Shown here: piece by piece, positions 39,732 through 51,117 of the stretch
Position numbering within the stretch: position 1 is the first letter of the stretch
Layout: each line of letters opens with the position of its first letter
From: Amoebophrya sp. A120
Taxonomy: Eukaryota; Protista; Dinoflagellata
Reading direction: 5' to 3'
Length of the DNA: 64,000 nt
NCBI GenBank assembly: GCA_905178155.1
Contig: CAJINV010000013.1
Location: 238,344 to 302,343, forward strand
The notes under the pieces: generated by a model
What the model was told of the DNA's origin: nothing
Database searches by the model: none
What the model saw: the letters and a program-made list of their open reading frames with translations, nothing else
Made by a program: the position numbers and the translations under genes

Positions 39732-42341
39732 ACGTCGAAAATTCTTGTTTCATCCGGTTCGTCAAGACAGGAAGATCGAAAAACATCAGTATTGCATTTT
39801 GAAGTAAACAAAACTAACTACTACTTGTACTTGACTGCTAAAGCTATAACGGAACTCATTTTTGCCTTGCGATCTTGAATTTTGGAACCTGCAAACGGTT
39901 TTAGAGACAGGAGATTGAAAGTAGGAACGCAGCATAGAAAGCGAGCAGGAGAGAGAAGAAATCAGAACAAGAAGAAGAGGGGAGAGCAAAGATTTCGTTG
40001 TTAGTTTCTTGCGGTCTGCTGGTAGTGAACGTCTTCACCAACGCCTTAAGCACCGGCCTAAACCTACACCCCGTTTGCCGACAGGGTGCAGATCGATCAT
40101 GATCCGCGGCTCCAGCCATGCATAAATCTTCGCTGAGAGATCAAGAGCCTAAAGATGCTAATGCTTGCGCAAGCACCTATCTCTCAGAAGTGGAGCACTC
40201 TCTCATGCATATCTCTCATGCGTACTATCTCTCATGGATGAATGCGCATCGTCATTGTCTCTCAGAGCTAGAATCGCACTGCTCTTTGAGCAGAAAGCAT
40301 GGGAAAATCTCTCAAAAATGAAAAATGAAATGGAAGTGAAATAAGTGACACACTCAGATGTAGAAACGAATGCACCGCTCAAATGGGATGCACTTCGTGC
40401 ACGAACAGACTTTTTACTTTGCATTCCATAAAATGTCTATTAAGAGAGCTGCCTCTATCTTGTAGCCATGAGTCAGCCCTGGGATGGAGGACAGGGCTGG
40501 CGGCGTATGGAATTAGGAGCGAAAGGAAGCATCTTGCCCGCCTTTGGCGTGACCCTCCCAGATACCAGAAACACTAGCCCGCCTTTGGCGTGACCGTGTG
40601 AAGGAGAGAGGTAGCATCTTGCCCGCCTTTGGCGTGACCCGGTTCTTCAAACGTCGAAAATTCTTGTTTCATCCGGTTCGTCAAGACAGGAAGATGATAA
40701 CAACGCTTACAACAGTGAAAAACGCTTTCGCTTTCAAAATTTAAATTTTTTTGAGGCCCCTTTGCAGCATCCGGCCCGACTGTCCTCATCCGCGTCGCCC
40801 GACTTAGCGGCCCCACAAGCGGCTCCGGATTCTCCGACCTATTAGCTCCTTCTTTTTGAGATGTAGCTTGATAGTGACGAATGAGAATGCGAGTGAAAGT
40901 ATGTAGCTTGTCGCGGTGATCGCTAGCGCAAAGTAGATAGCATGTGAGACGTTTTGTGACAGATGTGCTCTTCCGCGGGCGATGTGCTTTTCCGCAAAGC
41001 GCTCTCCGTCAATGACGGCGCAGCTGAAATGCCGCGCGTGTTCGTCTTGTCGTCGGACCAGGCCGATTGCGAGATGCGCTCTGCCTGGTCGATCGCACAT
41101 GAACTAGCAGCGGCTCCACAATTTGGAATGCACCACAGGGACAGTGGGCACGCCAACAAGGGCCGCAAGTGGTCCCAACTCGCACAAGATCTGCGGATTT
41201 TGACCGGGGGCAAAATAAGCCGCAAATCCTTGCGGGGCGGACTGGATCGCGCTGCCAAGCGCCTGGCAGCCGCAAAGCAGGACAGCAAGCCCTTCAAATA
41301 CGAAGACAGATGCGACCGCGAGACGGGCTGCAAAACGCAGAACATGTTGGAGCAAGGTACTGGGGCGCGGCTTAGTGAGTGCTTTTCACTAGTGTGAGGA
41401 GCGGGGGCGTTGGGTCTCCGACAGTGATCATCTCGACCTTCCGGAGGCCCAAATAATCTCTGCTCTGGGTGTGCCCTTGACCCTAGTTTATGCCCCCCCC
41501 CTTGAATGCATTTTTTTGAGGCCCAAAAATCGCGAAAGCATTTTGTACAGGAACTAAAAAACGCTTTCACTCGATTTCTATACCCCTTCTTATGTTTGGC
41601 CAAAGCCTTTCATATGACCGTCACAAATCGTCACGGGTTTGAGCCTTCTGATGGTCAAGGTTTGGCCATGTCCTCGACTCAGGTTATCACAATGCTGAAA
41701 AATTTCTCTCCAGGTACAAAGATAGTGAACCTCGGTTCCCATTTTGGCCCAAGTAACAGTGGGTAGGCCGCCTGCGCCCTCAAACCCAGGGCGCCGGGGC
41801 CAGGAGTCTTCTTGGCAATGTCTGTGGCCTCGGGCCCGGTGCTTATTTATTTAGGGGGCTAGTGGAGGGGTTGTCGTGGTATTTTGAGCTGGGGGCCTGT
41901 TTGGGCGAAGTGCTTGCATCTGGGTGATATTTCTACACAATTATGGCAAAAACAGACGTGCTCTGGCCCACTCGGATCAACCGAAGGACAAGCATACTAC
42001 TTGCCGTCGTTCCAGTGGGAGAACCGAGGGCGGGGCTGGACGTGACCGATCGCCAGCCGTGGCGTTTCGGACTGGCGCCCAAAATGCCGCTCAAGGCGAT
42101 ACACAGCTCCGGACCCGCAGCACTCCGGGCAATGGATTATGCAAAAAACGTCCTCAAATGCGGGCACAAATTTACGCTACCTATCACCGCGACAAGCTAG
42201 CTTAATAATATTACTACTTAAGTGACATCATCAACATACTCCAGTAATTCAGGTAGCGAAAAAAGGTCCCGCGACTCACCTGCCCGGCACCTTGTTTCGT
42301 CCGGTTCCGGTTCGTCAAGACAGGAAGACGATAACAACGCT
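39732..42341. repeat. Three dispersed copies of a ~45-bp coding segment (39732-39776, 40651-40707, 42291-42341)
   Basis: CTTGTTTCRTCCGGTTCGTCAAGACAGGAAGA is seen three times (the third copy carries a 6-nt duplication) and encodes SSCLDEPDETR on the minus strand. Confidence 0.85.
41739..41753 (+). other. Dinoflagellate spliced-leader relic-like 15-mer
   Basis: CCATTTTGGCCCAAG matches the 3' 15 nt of DinoSL (CCATTTTGGCTCAAG) at 14 of 15 positions. Confidence 0.45.
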
Positions 42342-42703
42342 ACGCCCACCTCTGCCAAGGCCGACGCTGCGGGTCTACTAGTAGCGCTCCTGCAACTAGC
42401 TCTCCACCCGGAGAACAAGTCCATGCCAAGTCGTCCACGCCGTACGATGCCCAATTTCTGCAGAGTGCGCTTCTGTGCGTACTCGGGTCCAAATTTGCGA
42501 AGAACGTTCTGGCTGAGCAAGTGCTGCTCCCGTGAAGCGTGCTCCCTCGCACCTTTCGATGCGAACGCCGGGTTGTAAAAGTCGTCGTTTCCAGCACGAG
42601 AAAGCTCCAGCTGCACGTCGCCACGGTTTCCGCTCGTTAGCGTGGCCAGAACGAGTAGAGAAACAACCACGAGGCCTTTCGAAATGCGCAGAGTCGCGTG
42701 CAT
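42218..42703 (-). CDS. Signal-peptide-bearing exon, possibly the 5' part of the PhyH-like gene
   Basis: MHATLRISKGLVVVSLLVLATLTSG (signal-like); shares the SSCLDEPDETR segment with ORF 39515-39811. Confidence 0.5.
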   Translation of the reverse strand: MHATLRISKGLVVVSLLVLATLTSGNRGDVQLELSRAGNDDFYNPAFASKGAREHASREQHLLSQNVLRKFGPEYAQKRTLQKLGIVRRGRLGMDLFSGWRASCRSATSRPAASALAEVGVALLSSSCLDEPEPDETRCRAGESRDLFSLPELLEYVDDVT

Positions 42704-44470
42704 TTTCTTGCAGTATGTGTATGTCTCCGCTGACCGCCGTGCAGAGCGTTCCAAAAGCGGGAAGTAGCTTCGCGTGCTTTCCCTGCCGAACGAAATTCCG
42801 TAGCGCGAAGAGTCGCCTCCTGCACTCTCGGAAAAGAAATGACTTTACTTCGGGATTGCGACAAAACTGTCTCTGCGTCTCCACATGCCGCAAGAGAACT
42901 CAACTCTGATCTTGCAGTCCCCGCGAAAAGGTTTTAGTATCAACAAAATGTGATAAATTATCGATCTTCATCACTTTGTCTATCTTTGTATTGTTTGCTG
43001 GAACGAACACCATTACGAGCTGCGGGCTCCTCAAAGATCCTAAGTACCTGTGTCTGACGAGGCATTTCTTACGGTTGGCTGGCAAAGGCCTAGCGACGTA
43101 CTTCGAATGAAATTTGGAATGAGTAGTTCGTCTTCTTGTGCTACCGCAACTACGACATTGCTTGGTGTATTGCGAGGCACGACAAAAATGGTAGCTGCTG
43201 CAAGAAGCAATTAGACACTTGTTCTTTCCACCACGAGACAATGTTGATTGTGCGTCTAGGAGAATGGGAGATGCTACACAAGGTTTTCTCTACTTCTATC
43301 TAGACAATTGCTTCGTAATCCGATCCAAGGAAGGAAAACTCGAAGCGACTGAGTCCCCGACAACCGCGCGCAGCGCGTTGGAGGATTTTTGGAACCTTTT
43401 CATGCATCTTTATCTTTCGATCGAAGGTTTCCTTTCCCATTAGTCCCTTCGCTTCCAGGACGACGGCGGCACTTCTGCCATTTGTGTTCTTCCCTCATCT
43501 GCCCTGCGGCTTCGCATCCCGTGCCTGTCAGCATCTCTGTCTTTGCGCCAATCGTGGTCATCGTCAGCATGCGTTTCGAAATTGTATTGGTGCATCGACC
43601 TGTATCGGTGTATGTTTTTTTATTTAATAGAGCGCACAAGGATAGTACCCATGAAATCTGCGCTGGTTCTATACTGATCACGAACCCGCACCAGTGTCTC
43701 TTCCACATTTACGCTTTGCATTCTAGTCGTGACGAATGCATAGCAAAAGTCTTCATCAATGTGGTCGCGATAGCAGAGAAAGTACTACCTCGCCTCGATT
43801 TCCCACAGGAGCACAATAAAACATTACGTGTTCATCATCCTTCCACTTTCGCTGCTGTCGTCGCTTTTTTTCCTCCGACCGCGGTTCTGTACAATTCTCC
43901 GCATATTATACTGCTGCTCGTGGTTGCCGGAGACTGCACGGCCCTCCGTCTTTTCCCTCCTTCCGAGGTCGTTTCTTTTCGCTCTTCTATCAGAGAGTTT
44001 GCGGGCCTTCGCCGGAGACCGGGAAGTGCGTTCTGGAGACCTGCGTGTCAGTTACAGTATGGCAAATCTCCAGGCGGGCAACTTATGTATGCTATTTTTA
44101 GTTGTTTTTACTCATGCCTATTCGTACATTCTTCGGCGTGAGGTGGAGCAAGACGCTGCCCGACTAGAAAACGCAAGTACTGCGTTCTTGACGAATTATC
44201 GTCGTCGGAGCTACTTGAGTCGGCCGAGGAAGAAGAGGAGGAGGAGCTGCTGGACTCGGAGCCTGCTGATCCCAGCGAGCCGCCAAACGGCCTCGGGGGC
44301 AGTCCAGATGAGCAAACGGAAGCTGAGGCTGAACTCTCTTCGTCGGAGCTGTTTTTTATTTTTGAGAAACAAATGACTTTCCACGATCATTGTCTTCGCA
44401 GATGCACCCTGGCATCGTGTTTGCACTGCAAGGCAGATCAGCAGAAGAAGGACGTGCTTCGACACAGGGA

Positions 44471-46069
44471 CTACCTGCTGCTCTCGTGGGCTGTCTGTTT
44501 TGTGGCAAAAGCTTGACCCCATTGCGGGCGGTGTCCTCCCTTATTCATCTCGGGATTTGCCTTGCGGTCGTTACTTGTGGTTGGCTCGTTTGGTGATTGG
44601 AAGCTAGACGTCGTGGCAGCTCCCTGATACCTGTCTTGGGCGACCGGTGCGGGACCACGATAATTGGCAGAACTACAAGAGGGGGGACAAATCTCCGATG
44701 CGCGACCCTGGCGATTCGCATCCTGCTGAGCCGGCTCCTCACTTGCCACTGCTGTAGCAGAAGACGAGGCGTTCTCTCCCGTAGAATTTCCGGCTCCTCT
44801 TCGGCCACTGACAGCCCCCGTCGACGGTCCCCAACACTGCAGGCCCCGCGTAAGCCGTGGGTCCAGGCCCGGTTTCTTTGGTTCCGTGCGGACCCGAGGG
44901 TGCTCCTCGTCCCACTGCTCTGTGATCTGGTAGCACTGGCGCCAGGTGAAGTTTGAAGTTGCCAACGCGGCGCGCAGTTCGCGGCTGCTCTTGTCCCGGA
45001 AAAACCCGGCCCACTCTGCCACTACCCTGTCGGGAGTCGATTCCTTCCATTTCTTGGCGTTTTTCGTCGGCGCTGCACTTGGCTGCCACAAGTGCGACCA
45101 CGATTGTTCATTTACCTCGCAGTTATCAGAATGATCGTCAGTCTTCTTGGAGGACGCACCCAAGGCCACTGGAGCTTCACCCGAAGCGCGCGCTTCTTGC
45201 AAATCGATGCGATTTTGCTCCGCAGTCGAATTTGCGGGACAAGTGCGGGGAGCTTCAGATACTTCGTAGCTGCTCGGCTTGCTGTAGTAGTAACTCCAAT
45301 TTTTATCATCTGCTTCGGCCGAAGAAAACCTGTCTTCCTGCGCCGGCGGGATCGCGCTGCCGCTCACGGAGACCGGTTGCTCTGGAGGGCTTTGCTCTAT
45401 TCCCTGATTTCTCGAAGCTGCATGTTTTTTTCTGCTGTCCGCGTTGCGAAGCACTTGCGCCAAGGTGTCGGCAGTCACAAGCTGCGAAAATTTTTCGATA
45501 TCAAGACCGGCGCAGGCGAGGAAGGTCATAAAGTGCCGCCCGATGACCTCACGAATAGTCTCGTCGAGCGCCGGGTCGCCTTCGGCAACGCAGTACCGTT
45601 ATCACATAGGAAAAAGCAAGCGCGTCACAAGAATAGTACGCAATATGCAAAGGCCAACATGCCTGATACTAAAACTGCAGGAGATCATCCTCTACATACT
45701 ATATAGCACTTGTGTCGTGCTGGTCGACCTTGTTTTCCTCGAGGGCCTTCATGTGGATACTACTTATTAGTTCTGCATGTCCAAACAGGCTGTGGCTGTT
45801 GCTTTCTCTTTTTGCCACAGGATAAGAGCATGTGAAAAACTCGGCGAGCGAAGGACCCCCTCTCCGCCGCGTTGCTTAAAACCATCCGAAATTCGATCGG
45901 ACTGGTAGCCGCCGAGGGCTTGGTGGGCAGTTGAAACAACCAGATTGACGGGTAGGCCACGTCCGCTGCACGAGATTGTTGATTCCTGTGGGTGAGAAAG
46001 TTGATCAGTGCAACAAGAACAAGATCGAGCGAGGCAAAATATTTTGTGCCAAAGTTGGGTTGCTCTCAC
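44471..46069 (-). CDS. Multi-exon hypothetical protein (probably extends further in both directions)
   Basis: ORF 44471-45529 extends upstream through introns 45596-45704 and 45761-45825, giving ..SFSHA-R-IHMKALEENKVDQHDTSA|YCVAEGDPALDETIREVIGRHFMTF.. Confidence 0.55.
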
Positions 46070-46261
46070 TCCTGATCCCGGAAGGGACCTTCAGAAAGCA
46101 GTGCGTGCTCTAAGGAAGTAACCAATATTAAATGTTTGCATGTTCTTCTGTGTTGTTCACAGAGCAAAAGTAACGACCTTAATTACCCTGAAGAGGAGGA
46201 AGACAATTTCCACTGGTCGCTGCCACCAAGCTCGTCACAGAGCTCACACAGGGTTTGAAAC

Positions 46262-46815
46262 CCACCATTTGGTCCACCAGCGTCAGGTCGCAACACCCCG
46301 CTGCAATTGTTCGGAGCCGGAGGCTCGAACTGCGACATATGATATAGAAAGCTTCACCGCTGGAGGTGGAAAATTTCAAAACACATCAAGAGAACGAACT
46401 CATTGGTTGAATACGGGAACTTATCGTGAAAAACAAAAAATACTGAGGCTGTGGCGCCTTCGTCCATGACATTTTCTACTGCTCCGGGGCAAGAAAATCA
46501 CCTAACAACTTGGTCTGTTTGCGATCAGTCATGTTCTTGCCCGCTTAAACAGTACGAGAACGGTCAGACAACGAATGAGCTTGGATCTTGGATATCTGCG
46601 ATCAGTTTTTTATGCATCGAGCAGCAGCAATGTGAATTCTTCTCTACTTGCAACAGGATCATGAGATCAATCAGCGGTCCGTCTCTGAAAACCACCAGGC
46701 TGCGACACTTTTCTTTGTTCCACGACCACCTTCTGACGATGATAAACCAGAAACCGTCTGTTGAACAAACGATTTCCACAAGACAACTAATCTCACAAAA
46801 TTTTGTTTGTTTTTA
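46262..46815 (+). repeat. ~550-bp dispersed direct repeat, copy A
   Basis: CCACCAGCGTCAGGTCGCAACACCCCGCTGC...CACCAGGCTGCGACACTTT..CAAGACAA aligns with 49948-50530 and 55075-55613, with substitutions and short indels. Confidence 0.9.
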
Positions 46816-47321
46816 TTCACGAAAAAATAGAAAAGCTCATATAGTTTCTGCTATTTTGATTCATCAGAGCGCCGGCATTAGCTCGGCTAAGTGTCTCTCT
46901 TCAGATAAGTTCAGAGATGAGATGTGAGACAGCTGCCGCAAGATCAGGTCGAGGACCTTGACGCTACGTCAAGGACTTTTTCCATGCTAGCTGACCCATC
47001 GTCGTGGTCCATTGGCTCTAGGTACAGGGTCCTGTCTATCCACATTCAACAAAAAAAGTTCGCAGAATCAATTTTAATTAAGTTCTAGCTTACAAGTTTT
47101 CAGGGGTCTTCGTGAATAGCGTAAAAGATGATGGATTGAAACCGAAACAAGAACAGGCTTTGAACGGTTGTGATTTTGCACATACACTCATCAATTAGTC
47201 TGGGGGGCGCCATTCTTTCAAATAGCTGTCGCTCGTTAACTGAATACAAATCAATTTATAGCTCAGCAAAAGTTACTTACAAAATCAACTACAGCTACTT
47301 CGGTGCGACAGAAGTCGGCGA

Positions 47322-49151
47322 TCAAGCATTCAGTTTCCGCTTTTTCGCTTGCCTGTCTTCTGCAGATGTTTCGGCCGAACCTGTGGTGCGCAGGGGCGTG
47401 CTCTCGATGAATCCTGGCTCCAAGTCTGACGCTCGAGAAGTAAATAAGGCCAACCGTCCCCAGAGGGAAACCGAGGCACACAACGGCAGGAAGCGATGCT
47501 GGGTGAGGAAGCTCTCGAATTTGTCACATTCATCAAGAGTCCCGAGTCGATCCCGCGCTAAGTTGATTTGATGCTGCAGGGTTTGCGGTAGAAAATCGTA
47601 GAGGCGGCGGAGAAATTGGACATCGGACAAAGTCAGCTTGTTTCCGTCGTCGACAATCGGGAAGCCATACCTTTCGAGGTCGACTTCGGCAATCGGGCAC
47701 CATAAGAACGCCTTCCGAGCAGCGTGTGCAAACACATACTGCATAATCGCGAAGCTTACCTTTCGTGTCACAGAGCCGGCCTTCTTGTCCTGAAAGAGAG
47801 CAGCCGGATTGGCCAACGCCTGCTGGATCATTCTCATCTTGTCCAGAACTGCAGACCGGCTGCGTGTGCGTTCGGCGTCTAGTTCGTTCTCCTGGGGGAA
47901 CTCGTAAAAGCTTTCGGCGATGCTCTTTTTGTAATCCGACAGCGGTTCTAGACGACGGAATTGGCTTGCAAGCGCCTGCAGTAGCAAATTTCGGCGCTGG
48001 GTGGTGCTCTCCAAAGATGTCTGCAGAGCGATCAGTGTCTCGCAGACGACCGGAACCTTCTTTGCCGCGACGGGAAAATCACTGGGAGAGACAACAAAGC
48101 ACCGCAATGCGTGCGCATAGAGCGACCGGCAGAGATCCTTTGCGACTTTCGGCAGCAAGCCACAGGCTGCGGCGATTCTGCAGACATGCTCCAACTCCCA
48201 TTTCTCGAACAACGCAGGAGCGCAGAGGCCTCGGAAGGGCTGCAGCAGCAAAATCATGACCTTGTCAAGCAGGGACATTTCGGGATCAAAGACCTTTTCA
48301 AGCATACCATAAGCCTTGAAAAGACCAGAGAATTTTGGTGGTCTTGCCCCTGCTTCTTGAACAGGAATATCGAGCCCTCGGTGACTTGTGTTGTTCTTAC
48401 AACCGTCCGGCTTGCGATCCAAGAGATGGCCCACCTCCTCTTTAGACTTCGCGTCTTGACCATGTACAGCCAGAGCCACAAGCTGGTCTGCTTCCTCTTG
48501 CAGCAGGAGGACCTCCATCGCTTTCGCCTCAAAAAAGAGACTGACCGGGGCCAGCGTTGGAAAGTTCGGACCGGCTGGGGAAGTAGTCCGCAACAAAGCC
48601 TCGAGCTTACTGATCTTTTGTGTGTGGCTGGCGTCTGCCTTGGCAATTTGCTCGGCCTTACGCATCGCAGCGCGATCCGTGAACTCGCACGCCTCCTGCA
48701 GATGTGCTCCCACAGCGTCGCGTCTTCCGTGCCAAGTGCAGCCTCGACTTTTGTGCTCACACTCCACGAGAACGGCCGGGCAGTGAGTGAAATGCTCGAG
48801 GCTGTCATCGTGTTTGAAGGTAGCGAAGCAGCCACCGCACTTTGCTTCCGCCTGCCCCAGGACCAAGCGCAGCTCTCGGCTGGGATTCCACTTCAGACCA
48901 CGAGTGCGGCACCATGGACACTTTGCCTTGGCCCCGGGATTGTCCCTTTTCGCTCGCTCCTCGAGATTTTCTAGTCATGCCTGGCAAAAGCTCGCCCCGC
49001 AACACGTCGCTGCAGCGGCGTTGATCACATGATCTAGGCAAATTCCGCACTTGATGCCATTGCGCACTTCGCTGACAAAAGTCAGCTCTGGCGTCTCACC
49101 CGGCTTTCCGGGCGAATTTTGCGAGTTTTGGTTCCCCTCTTCCGCCGGCAT
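47322..49151 (-). CDS. Intronless RING + TRAF-type zinc-finger protein (putative E3 ligase) with in-frame TGA at 48975-48977; pseudogene or recoded
   Basis: From ATG 49151: ..KCGICLDHV..TCCGASFCQA[TGA]LENL..KCPWCR.. then CGGC..LEHFTHCP..VECEHKSRGCTWHGRRDAVGAHLQEACEF, in frame with ORF 47322-48866. Confidence 0.75.
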
Positions 49152-49947
49152 AATTTATAAATCTTTGCCAAGATATTGTTGCAATCGCTTTGACTTTTAG
49201 GAAGCAAATGAAAAAACAAACGCAGCACGAGGAATCGAATCGAAAAAAAGTAGGGAATTCTTTACGCTGACTCGTGAACTACATGTCAGATTCAGACTCA
49301 AATGGTGTTCTGTGGTCTATCGCTGCTTACTCCATGAAAGCCATGGCATATGTCATAAGAGTCTGCTCCTTTGTGTTTCTCTATTTCGACACATGTGGCA
49401 TTTTTCACTGAAGCGGACTAAGCACTTTGAAAGAGACTCTGTCGCTCTTTGTCGTATAAATTTTGCACCGTGTCAGCAAACGACTTCGAGACAGATGATG
49501 GGAAGCAGGAGCAGCTCAAAAGTCGCGTGGGCATTATCGTAGTCTTCGTTGCTACACGCAGCTGCGATTTTCAGGCTTTATACTCTTTTTTGCTTTTGTT
49601 ACAACTTCCGCATTGCCATTTTTGCAGTTTCTGCAGTGCCACTTTCTTCCCTTCAGTGGTGTTTTAAATCGAAACGAAACCACTCTCACTCAGACCTACG
49701 ATCGAAAAAAGTGACTCGGTTCAACACATTCGCACGAAAGTACTCTTGTGCGTCGACCTCGATCACGACCACTGAAAAACGAAAAAAAAAACCGACGAGG
49801 CAAAAACCTCTGACGACCACACAACGCGTTGCAATTCAAATAAAGAAAACAGGAATAGAACCCGTGAAGGATGTCCAAAAACACATGGTGGAGTCGGCAC
49901 GCTCATGGGTCACGCAACATCAAGCAAGGCGGATACGATTCACAGGA

Positions 49948-50530
49948 CACCACTTGGCCCACCAGCGTCAGGTCGCAACACCCCGCTGCAATTGTTCGGA
50001 GGCTCGAACTGCGACATATGATATAGAAAGCAAAGCTTCACCGCTGGAGGTGGAAAATTTCAAAACACATCAAGAGAACGAACTCAATCTCAATGGTTGA
50101 ATGCGGCAACTTATCGCGAAAATAAAACAAAAAGCACTGAGGTGGTTGCGCACCATTATGCGGTAGCCTTCCATGACATTTTCTACTGCTATAGGGCAAG
50201 AAAATCACTTAGCAACTTGGTCTGCTCGCGATCAATCATGCTCGTGCCCGCTTAAACAATACGAGAACGGTCAAACAACGGATGAGCTTGGATCTTGGCT
50301 ATCTGCGATCAATTTTTTAGTATGCATCGAGCAGCAGCAGTGTGAGTTCTTCTCTACTTGCAACAGGATCACGAGATCAATCAGCGGCCCGTCTCTGAAA
50401 ACCACCAGGCTGCGACACTTTTGCTCCACACCGACAGCCACCTGCTGACGAAGATAAAACAGAAGCCGTCGCTTGAACGAACGATGTCCGCAAGACAATT
50501 TCACAAATAAACTTTGATTGTTTATTTTAT
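49948..50530 (+). repeat. ~580-bp dispersed direct repeat, copy B (flank of copia insertion)
   Basis: Homologous to 46262-46815; homology ends just before TGTTGG at 50535. Confidence 0.9.
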
Positions 50531-51117
50531 TAACTGTTGGCCATGGAAATCGATCCCGCACACACGTAACACGATCGCCCCAAATGACGCCTGCTCCCAA
50601 TGAAATGGCAGTTCTGAATGACCTGAACCAGCTAGATCCTTAGGGAAATGGTCAGAATCTATCGAGATCCTAAAGGAAACTCTTCACCATGTTCCGCGAA
50701 TCCCCCAAATACTACGAAGGCAAAGCCATCAGGATCGTAGTGAAATGAATGGACTCAGCTCGGTCCAGACGTTCAGAATGGTCGCCCTGGGGGACTTGAC
50801 TCCCGCCAGGGTCGAGCACCAAACCGAGAGGGTTGAGGGATGGAGTCCCATGCTGTTTGACCACTTGACTCTGACTCGATTGGTCCATATGAATCTGATG
50901 AATTTGGATGAGTTGAACCTTCAGGATGTAACGCAGCAAGAGACTTGCGTCACTTGCTTGCTTACTTGCAATTGAGAGAATTCATCGAATTGCTGTTGAT
51001 AACGAGCTCAGTGGAGCACGCGTGTGTAAGTGTGTGCGAGTGTTCTCAAGTCCACTAGCACTACGCTACGCCTTGAGACTCAAACTGGCTCTTCTAGTCA
51101 GATAAGTTAGATTGAAG

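Noticed and set aside
46884-46935. TGTCTC..AGATGTGAGACAG resembling a Tn5/Nextera mosaic end
   Set aside because: Only a partial match lacking TATAAG; likely a chance short inverted repeat.
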